Below, one piece after another: positions 57,299 through 64,000 of a stretch of 64,000 nucleotides of DNA. This DNA is from an uncultured Lachnospiraceae bacterium (lineage in GTDB: Bacteria > Bacillota > Clostridia > Lachnospirales > Lachnospiraceae). The notes under the pieces are model-generated. The model worked only from the letters and a program-made list of their open reading frames with translations, had not been told where the DNA came from and searched no databases. The translations under genes were made by a program, and so were the position numbers. Where the stretch lies: positions 15,831-79,830 of the forward strand of contig ONHB01000015.1 in the NCBI GenBank assembly GCA_900317505.1, read 5' to 3'. The first letter of the stretch is position 1. Every line of letters starts with the position of its first letter.

Positions 57299-59109
57299 TG
57301 GAAAACAGTAAAGCAGCGAAAAAAAAGGATAGCTGGCTGAAGGTATTGCTCAGCTATACCGATGGAAGCGGACGAAGACTTGGCACATCCATCGTCTTAT
57401 CCATCATAAGCATTGTCAGCGGACTTATGCCGTATTACTGCATTTACCGGGGAATTGATCTGTACATAAGAAATATGGATCAGGTTCCGGTACAGGACAT
57501 CGTCAAATGGTGTCTGCTCGCATTATTATTTTATGTAATTAAGGTCATAAGCTTTTCGGCTTCGACATGGATCTCGCACATAGCCGCATATCACATTCTG
57601 GAGGGCTTGAGACTGCGTCTTACCGACCGCTTTTTAAAAGCACCCCTGGGTGAGGTTGAAGGACATAGTATCGGTGAGATCAAGAGCATTATGGTAGAAA
57701 AGATTGAAAATATGGAGCCGCCGATCGCCCACATGATCCCGGAAGGAAGCGGACATATTTTACTTCCTGTCATCAGCTTTCTGGCACTGCTTACCATAGA
57801 CTGGAGGATCGCGCTGGCATCGCTTGTGACCGTTCCGGTGTCTCTGGTATTTATGGCACTTACTATGGTGATCAGTGGAAAAAGCTTTACCCAGTACGAC
57901 GAATCCAATGCCCAGATGAACAGCACGATCGTTGAATATATAGAAGGTATTGAAGTTATCAAGGCATTTGGCAGGGCCGGAACTTCATATGAAAAATATG
58001 CAAAGGCAATCCTGGATTACAAAAAATTTGTTGTCAAATGGCTGTCATCCACATGGATCACCATGAAAATGACTTTTGCGCTGTTTCCGTCCACCCTCCT
58101 TGGAACATTGCCGGTGGGTCTGTATCTGACCATGAACGGACATATGACAATATCCGAGCTTGTGTTGGCAGTTATGTTGTCCATGTCCATGGTGACATCA
58201 TTTGCAAAGATAGAGGTATTTTCAGAAAATATCCGCGAAATGCAATATAACATAGAAAGCATTCAGGACTTCCTCACCATGCAGGAGCTGCCTGAGCCTT
58301 CTGAACGCGCAAAGATTACAAACCATGATATCCAGATGAAAAATGTTCATTTTTCCTATACAGGAGAGGACAAGGACGAAATCCTTCATGGAATTGACCT
58401 GAAGATGCCGGAAGGAAGCTTTACCGCACTGGTTGGTCCGAGTGGCGGCGGTAAATCAACCGTTGCAAAGCTGCTTTCCCGTTTCTGGGATGTAACCGAC
58501 GGAAGCATTACCATTGGCGGCGTCAATATCAAAGAAATGCCGTTGGAGCAGCTTTCTGAAATGGTCAGCTTTGTTACACAGGATAATTTCTTATTCCGGT
58601 GCTCTATCATGGAAAACATTCGTCTCGGCAACCCGGCAGCAAGTGATGAAGAGGTCAAAGAGGCTGCTAGAAAGGCATGCTGTGAGGAATTTATAGAAAA
58701 ACTGCCGCAGGGCTATGATACACCGGCAGGTGAAGCCGGTAAACGCTTATCCGGCGGAGAGAAGCAGAGAATTGCCATTGCAAGGATCATGTTAAAAAAT
58801 GCTCCGATCGTCATTCTGGATGAGGCAACCGCTTTCACGGATCCGGAAAATGAAAACAAGCTGCAAAAGAGTATTGAAGAGCTGACAAAGGGCAAGACCC
58901 TTCTTGTAATTGCACACAGACTGTCTACGATTACGTCAGCAGACAGGATCGTGGTGTTAAAGAATGGAAATATAGAAGCGGAAGGAACGCAGGAAGAGCT
59001 GCTTGCAAGCTGTCCGCTTTATGAAAGAATGTGGCAGGCTCATGTGGGTGCAAAACACTGGGCAGTCGGAGTACAGAAAGAAGGTGTAGATTCATGTTTG
59101 GCACAGTAA
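57298..59109 (+). CDS. ABC exporter subunit (fused transmembrane and ATPase domains; first half of a heterodimer)
   Basis: Six TM helices, then Walker A GPSGGGKST, the signature LSGGEKQRIAIAR and Walker B ILDEAT. Confidence 0.9.
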   Translation: MENSKAAKKKDSWLKVLLSYTDGSGRRLGTSIVLSIISIVSGLMPYYCIYRGIDLYIRNMDQVPVQDIVKWCLLALLFYVIKVISFSASTWISHIAAYHILEGLRLRLTDRFLKAPLGEVEGHSIGEIKSIMVEKIENMEPPIAHMIPEGSGHILLPVISFLALLTIDWRIALASLVTVPVSLVFMALTMVISGKSFTQYDESNAQMNSTIVEYIEGIEVIKAFGRAGTSYEKYAKAILDYKKFVVKWLSSTWITMKMTFALFPSTLLGTLPVGLYLTMNGHMTISELVLAVMLSMSMVTSFAKIEVFSENIREMQYNIESIQDFLTMQELPEPSERAKITNHDIQMKNVHFSYTGEDKDEILHGIDLKMPEGSFTALVGPSGGGKSTVAKLLSRFWDVTDGSITIGGVNIKEMPLEQLSEMVSFVTQDNFLFRCSIMENIRLGNPAASDEEVKEAARKACCEEFIEKLPQGYDTPAGEAGKRLSGGEKQRIAIARIMLKNAPIVILDEATAFTDPENENKLQKSIEELTKGKTLLVIAHRLSTITSADRIVVLKNGNIEAEGTQEELLASCPLYERMWQAHVGAKHWAVGVQKEGVDSCLAQ

Positions 59110-60854
59110 AAAGGATTATTGACTGGTGTGGCAGCTTCAGAAAGAACTTATATATCGGTTTTGTATTTTCGTTTTTTTCAGGCTGGTTTGCTGCAATGCC
59201 GGTGATCTGGGCGGCATATATGATAGGAAAGCTCGTTGAGTATGCAGGAGACGGAATAACACCTGACAGAGCATGGATAGGTAAAAGTGTAGGAATTTTA
59301 TTACTGTTTATTTTTCTTAGATTTTTGTTTGATTATCTGCGTGCCAGATTTCAGGAATCAATCAGCTATGAGCTGATCGCAAGAGACAGACTTGCAGTCG
59401 GAGATGCCTTAAAACGTGTATCCCTTGGATATTTCCAAAATATGAATACCGGTACGATCCTCAATTCCATTACAACCGGTCTTCATACACTGGAAGGCAT
59501 GGGGATCCGTATGATCGATAATTTTGTAGGTGGCTATCTGAACTTTATCTGTATTCTTTTATGGCTGATCTATATCAACTGGAGAGTCGGACTGATCGCG
59601 ATTGCGGGAGTAGCGGCATCTCTGATATTTTTACTGATTATCTCCAAATACAGTACAAGAAACGCACCGGTGTTAGCAGCTGCTAACAGAGATCTGACCG
59701 GAGCTACATTGGAATATGCCAGAGGTCTTGCGGTTGTCAAATCTTTTGGAAAAGCAGGTTCCTCCATGGATGCCATGAAAAAAGCCTGCAGAGACAGCCG
59801 TGACATCAACTTAAAGATTGAATGGGGATACATTCCCTATAATGCACTGCATCTGATCGCTTTAAAAATAGCAAGCGTATGTATCGTGATCGCAGCATTT
59901 TATCTGGGTGTTTCCGGACAGCTTGATTTTACATATATGGTCATTGTGGTATTATTATCATTCCATATTTTCAGTTCGGTAGAGCCAATCTCAGACTGTG
60001 CGCATGTACTTGCAGTCATTGATGATGCACTGGATCATCTGGATGAACTGAAAGGCAAATCCTTTATCGATGCAGATGGCAAACAGATATCGATCGATCA
60101 TTATGATATCGAATTTAAAGATGTTGATTTTTCTTATGGCGAAGGACAGGGCAGAAGACAGGTACTTCACAATGTCAGTCTGAAAATCCCGGAAAATACA
60201 GTAACCGCGGTCGTAGGTCCTTCCGGAAGCGGTAAGTCTACGATCTGCAATCTGATCGCGAGATTTTATGACGTGGATGGCGGAAGTGTCAGCGTTGGCG
60301 GACATGATGTCAGGGAGTTTACATGTGACAGCCTGTTATCCAACATTTCCATGGTATTTCAGAATGTATACCTGTTTCATGATACGATAAGAAAAAATAT
60401 CTGCTTTGGTAAGCCGGATGCAACAGAGAAAGAAATGATCGAAGCTGCTAAAAAGGCACGCTGCCACGACTTTATCATGGCACTGCCGGATGGCTATGAT
60501 ACTGTAGTCGGCGAAGGCGGCGGCAGTCTGTCAGGTGGAGAAAAACAGCGTATCTCCATTGCAAGAGCCATCTTAAAAGATGCCCCGATTATTATTTTAG
60601 ATGAAGCGACAGCCAGCGTGGATCCCGAAAATGAACACCTGATACAGGCTGCATTGTCCGAGCTTACAAAAGGCAAGACGATCGTAACGATCGCACACCG
60701 TCTGGCTACGATCGAACAGGCAGATCAGATACTTGTTGTGGATGATGGACAGATCGTTCAGAGAGGAACTCACAAGGAGCTTGTGGAAGTGCCCGGAAAA
60801 TACCAGGATTTTGTAAATATCAGAAGCCAGTCAGAAGGCTGGAAGATCGGATAG
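59094..60854 (+). CDS. ABC exporter subunit (second half of the heterodimer)
   Basis: GPSGSGKST, LSGGEKQRISIAR and ILDEAT. The ATG at 59094 overlaps the upstream stop by 16 nt. The ORF-track start at 59031 is an over-extension. Confidence 0.9.
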   Translation: MFGTVKRIIDWCGSFRKNLYIGFVFSFFSGWFAAMPVIWAAYMIGKLVEYAGDGITPDRAWIGKSVGILLLFIFLRFLFDYLRARFQESISYELIARDRLAVGDALKRVSLGYFQNMNTGTILNSITTGLHTLEGMGIRMIDNFVGGYLNFICILLWLIYINWRVGLIAIAGVAASLIFLLIISKYSTRNAPVLAAANRDLTGATLEYARGLAVVKSFGKAGSSMDAMKKACRDSRDINLKIEWGYIPYNALHLIALKIASVCIVIAAFYLGVSGQLDFTYMVIVVLLSFHIFSSVEPISDCAHVLAVIDDALDHLDELKGKSFIDADGKQISIDHYDIEFKDVDFSYGEGQGRRQVLHNVSLKIPENTVTAVVGPSGSGKSTICNLIARFYDVDGGSVSVGGHDVREFTCDSLLSNISMVFQNVYLFHDTIRKNICFGKPDATEKEMIEAAKKARCHDFIMALPDGYDTVVGEGGGSLSGGEKQRISIARAILKDAPIIILDEATASVDPENEHLIQAALSELTKGKTIVTIAHRLATIEQADQILVVDDGQIVQRGTHKELVEVPGKYQDFVNIRSQSEGWKIG

Positions 60855-60867
60855 GAGGAGATACGAA

Positions 60868-61464
60868 ATGGAAGAATCAAAGAAATTGACAGGCAGGGAT
60901 TTTATTACGATAGGAATCTTTTCCGCGATATATTTTGTGCTGAATCTGGCTGCCATGATCACAGGAATTGTGCCGGTTTTATGGCTGTTACTGCCCGGAG
61001 TGGCTGGAATTGTGACAGGAATACCGTTTATGCTGATGGAAGCCAAGGTAAGAAAGCCCGGAGCCGTGCTTATCATGGGCGCCATTACCGCATTACTTTA
61101 TTATGTGACAGGACAGTTTACCGTGCTTTTACTGATCACATTTGCCGTTGCATGTGTTTTGTCCGAGGTGTACAGGGCCATTACAAAGTATGACAGCAAT
61201 TTTGTACATATGACGATATCATTTATCCTCTTCTGTTATGGAATGCTCGGCTCTCCGTTGGCAATCTGGGTATACAGAGACAGCTTCTTAGCGCAGATCC
61301 AGCAAAACGGTATGACCGCGGAATATGTGAAGACATTATCAGGACTGATTTCCACACCTATGCTGATCGTATTATGTATCTCTCCGATCATAGGCGGACT
61401 GATCGGCGCGCTGATTGCGAAGGGATTATTCCGCAAGCATTTTAAGAAAGCAGGAGTTGTATAA
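60868..61464 (+). CDS. small integral membrane protein, probably an ECF-transporter substrate-capture (S) component (Trep_Strep/MptS-like)
   Basis: Six hydrophobic helices in ~200 aa. It lies immediately upstream of the EcfT-like and EcfA-A' genes. Confidence 0.55.
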   Translation: MEESKKLTGRDFITIGIFSAIYFVLNLAAMITGIVPVLWLLLPGVAGIVTGIPFMLMEAKVRKPGAVLIMGAITALLYYVTGQFTVLLLITFAVACVLSEVYRAITKYDSNFVHMTISFILFCYGMLGSPLAIWVYRDSFLAQIQQNGMTAEYVKTLSGLISTPMLIVLCISPIIGGLIGALIAKGLFRKHFKKAGVV

Positions 61465-62150
61465 TGGATAAGAAAGCGTTGATAAACCATCTTGATCCAA
61501 GAGCCGGATTATGGCTGCTTTTCATTGCAAATATAGGAATGTTCTGTGAAAAAAATACAGAGCAGGGGAGTATGCTTTCGGGCATATTTCTCCTGCTTCT
61601 GTTGATGTATGGGCAATATAGGGCTGCAGCTAAGGGCGCCGTTATGCTCGTTGTGTTTCGGATTCTGCTTCGCTATGTGTTTCCATGGTGTCCGGGATGG
61701 GTAAATATGGTATTCCCGGTTTTTATCAATTATACACTGCGTATGCTTCCGTGTATTTTAGCCGGACTTTTAATTGTCCGTACATCATCCATGCAGAAGA
61801 TGATCGCAGCGATGCACGCGCTTCATCTTCCGCAGGGCTTTACCATAGCAATGTCCACGACTCTGCGGTATTTTCCGGCTATCAAAGAGGAGTTTCTTCA
61901 TATAAGGGCTGCAATGAAGCTGCAGAATATCCCGGTATCCAGCAGACTGGAATGTACCGTTGTGCCGCTTATGATGTCTGCGGTCAATACCTCTGATGAA
62001 ATAGCGACAGCGGCCGTAGCAAGAGGAATTGATAATCCCGGTAAAAAGACCAGCATTATTACACTGCATATGTCTGTAACGGACTGGCTGGTAATGATTC
62101 TGGTGACGGTCCTGACCGTAATAATGATGCTGACAGGAGAAAGATTGTAG
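61464..62150 (+). CDS. energy-coupling factor transporter transmembrane (T) component (CbiQ/EcfT family)
   Basis: TM topology plus the EcfT-type motif region RYFPAIKEEFLHIRAAMKLQ. Confidence 0.75.
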   Translation: MDKKALINHLDPRAGLWLLFIANIGMFCEKNTEQGSMLSGIFLLLLLMYGQYRAAAKGAVMLVVFRILLRYVFPWCPGWVNMVFPVFINYTLRMLPCILAGLLIVRTSSMQKMIAAMHALHLPQGFTIAMSTTLRYFPAIKEEFLHIRAAMKLQNIPVSSRLECTVVPLMMSAVNTSDEIATAAVARGIDNPGKKTSIITLHMSVTDWLVMILVTVLTVIMMLTGERL

Positions 62151-62175
62151 CTGGAAAATCTGACAGCTATAGATA

Positions 62176-63579
62176 ATGATCATGATAAAATTTGAAAATG
62201 TAAGTGTAACCATACAGGGAAAGAAAATATTATCCGATATCAATCTGGAAATTCAGGATGGGGAATTTGTACTGATCTGTGGTGACAGCGGTTGTGGCAA
62301 AACCACCATGACAAGACTGATCAATGGACTGATCCCGCATTTTATAAAAGATGTCACTTTAGAAGGATGCGTTACAGTAGCGGATAAGGAAATGTCAAAG
62401 ACACCCATGTATGAGATTGCGGAGCTTGTCGGTTCGGTCTTTCAAAATCCGAAAACCCAGTTTTTTCACACCAATTCCAATGCTGAAATGGCATTCGGTA
62501 TGGAAAACAGGGGCATCGAACCGGAATATATAAAAAAGAGGATAAAGAGTACCATTACGGAACTGAACATGGAGAAGCTTGCGGACCGCAATGTGTTTTC
62601 GATGTCCGGCGGTGAAAAGCAGCTGCTTGCGTTTGCATCCGTGTATGCAATGGAGCCACAGGTTTACGTGCTGGATGAGCCATCAGCCAATCTGGATATG
62701 GAAGCTATCCATAAGCTTTGTGAGAGACTTGAGGTTATCCGGAAAAAAGGACACACTGTGGTTGTAGCCGAGCACAGGCTGGCATATCTTCAGCCTTTTG
62801 TAGACAGGATCATCTATGTTAAAGAGGGGCGGATAGAGCGGGAATTTACACCTTCGGAATTTAGAGCACTGTCAAATGATGACCATGAGCGTATGGGACT
62901 TCGCAGTATTTGTCAGGAGCAGATTCAGATTCCAAAGCTTGAGCCTTCGTCCGAGACGGCGGATCTTATGGTAAGAGAGCTTTCCTGTCGGAGAAAAAAA
63001 CAGGTGATCTTTCAGAATATCAGCCTTTCTGCAAATGAGGGCGATATCATAGGGATTGTAGGAAAAAATGGAGCCGGAAAATCCACTTTTTGTAATTGCC
63101 TGTGCGGACTTCTTTCAGAAAGCGGGGGACAGATTGTATACAAAGGAAAGAGACTGTCCCAAAAATCCAGGACCAAGCTTTTTGGCATGGTTATGCAGGA
63201 GGTAAACCACCAGCTTTTTTCAGACAGTGTCAAAAATGAATGTCTGCTGGCAAAAGAGGATGCAACAGATGAGGAAATCCGGGCTCTTTTAGCAAAATTT
63301 GATCTGGAAGAATATGAGGACAGTCATCCGATGACCCTGTCTGGAGGACAGAGACAGAGGCTTGCCATATGTCAGGCGGTCATGGGCGGAAAAAAGCTGC
63401 TTATTTTTGATGAGCCGACAAGCGGACTGGATTTCAGGCATATGTGTCAGGTAGAAGAGCTCATGAAGGGACTGGCAAAGGAAAACTATGTTATATTGGT
63501 TGTGACACATGACTATGAATTTTTAAACCGGACCTGTGATGGATATATTATGATTGATGACAGCTCGTCCAAAAATTAA
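62176..63579 (+). CDS. ECF-type ABC ATPase with two fused ATP-binding domains (EcfA-A' fusion)
   Basis: Two Walker A motifs (GDSGCGKTT, GKNGAGKST) and two signatures (MSGGEKQLLAFA, LSGGQRQRLAIC). Confidence 0.85.
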   Translation: MIMIKFENVSVTIQGKKILSDINLEIQDGEFVLICGDSGCGKTTMTRLINGLIPHFIKDVTLEGCVTVADKEMSKTPMYEIAELVGSVFQNPKTQFFHTNSNAEMAFGMENRGIEPEYIKKRIKSTITELNMEKLADRNVFSMSGGEKQLLAFASVYAMEPQVYVLDEPSANLDMEAIHKLCERLEVIRKKGHTVVVAEHRLAYLQPFVDRIIYVKEGRIEREFTPSEFRALSNDDHERMGLRSICQEQIQIPKLEPSSETADLMVRELSCRRKKQVIFQNISLSANEGDIIGIVGKNGAGKSTFCNCLCGLLSESGGQIVYKGKRLSQKSRTKLFGMVMQEVNHQLFSDSVKNECLLAKEDATDEEIRALLAKFDLEEYEDSHPMTLSGGQRQRLAICQAVMGGKKLLIFDEPTSGLDFRHMCQVEELMKGLAKENYVILVVTHDYEFLNRTCDGYIMIDDSSSKN

Positions 63580-63688
63580 TATATCTGTGTTGTGGATTAG
63601 CTGCTGCTAATGTTACAATATTAAGACAGAAAAACAAATTTGGTTTAAATGGTATTTTCGGGGAATGAAAGGGAGAGCGGAAGAAATC

Positions 63689-64000
63689 ATGACCGATGAA
63701 TTACAGTTTTTGACAAATGAAGATCATGCACCGGTTGTTTTATATATCACCAATGAAAATTTTGAATTTCAGGGTGATGCTGTCTATGCAAAGGTAAAAC
63801 AGATGACAGACATCCCGTTTGATTTCTGCGAGTTACCTGTTGCTAACTGGGATGACTGCCTGACACCGTGGGCGACAGATCCGCAAATGAAAGGCAGGAG
63901 CTTTACAGGAGGCGGAAAACAGCTTCTTGAAAAGATTGGAGAAAATGTGCTTCCGCTCATAGATGAAAAGCTTCCAAATCATCGGGAAATTTACATTGCC
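63689..64000 (+). CDS. partial CDS (3' end truncated by the window): putative alpha/beta-hydrolase or esterase-like protein
   Basis: The ORF starts MTDELQFLTNEDHAPVVLYITNENFEFQGDAV... and is still open at the window end. The family assignment is weak. Confidence 0.4.
   Translation, partial: MTDELQFLTNEDHAPVVLYITNENFEFQGDAVYAKVKQMTDIPFDFCELPVANWDDCLTPWATDPQMKGRSFTGGGKQLLEKIGENVLPLIDEKLPNHREIYIA

Noticed and set aside
59031-59093. Longer start (MAGSCGCKTLGSRSTERRCRF...) for the second ABC exporter gene.
   Set aside because: The extension overlaps the upstream gene by ~80 nt. The ATG at 59094 gives the canonical MFGTVKRI N-terminus and fits stop-start coupling.
1-64000. Whole-window scan for CRISPR arrays, rRNA genes, IS transposases and additional tRNAs.
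   Set aside because: No regularly spaced direct repeats with unique spacers, no 16S, 23S or 5S signatures, and no DDE or HUH transposase ORFs were seen. The only tRNA-like cloverleaf I could fold is the Thr tRNA at 7014-7086.

Overview
This 64-kb window looks like a Firmicutes (Clostridia/Lachnospiraceae-like) chromosome segment with an AT-rich accessory island in its right half. I found no rRNA, CRISPR array or transposase.

The left ~37 kb is core housekeeping DNA. It carries an ABC-F ATPase, then a T-box-controlled cysE-cysS-mrnC-rlmB-sigH block with the same gene order as in Bacillus. A strong promoter drives a single tRNA-Thr(GGU). Next come an orphan sensor/receiver hybrid paired with a 900-aa polytopic membrane protein, then PBP1A, yigZ, mgtE, typA and a cobalamin adenosyltransferase. 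A lysine riboswitch precedes dapA-dapB. Further right lie class-3 fbp, a lone His6-type hisA, a cold-shock protein, a YerC/TrpR-like regulator, an orphan NMT1-like binding lipoprotein, an EamA transporter, a pspA/ydjI-like membrane-stress pair, pcrA with a repeat-expanded linker, and a RumA-family rRNA methyltransferase with a C-terminal extension.

From ~37.4 kb GC drops, and from ~39.6 to ~56.2 kb the content looks like an integrated, probably degenerate mobilizable element. It holds two XRE regulators, a MobC-like protein with no relaxase, a coiled-coil protein with a CHAT/caspase-like His-Cys domain, a large serine recombinase, a Fic protein and a small HTH protein. It also holds three paralogous genes that combine an ORF6N (KilA-N/antirepressor-like) domain with a C-terminal PLD-like HxR(x4)D...GAS(S/L)KD domain. 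The third paralog is fused in frame to a 2478-aa MBG/YDG-repeat surface protein that ends in LPATG but has no signal peptide.

The right end returns to higher GC with an AraC regulator plus a heterodimeric ABC exporter, an ECF-type transporter (S, T and a fused A-A' ATPase), and a partial hydrolase gene.

The two candidates I rank highest as possibly undescribed are the coiled-coil/CHAT protein with its flanking XRE gene, and the triplicated ORF6N/PLD-like family.
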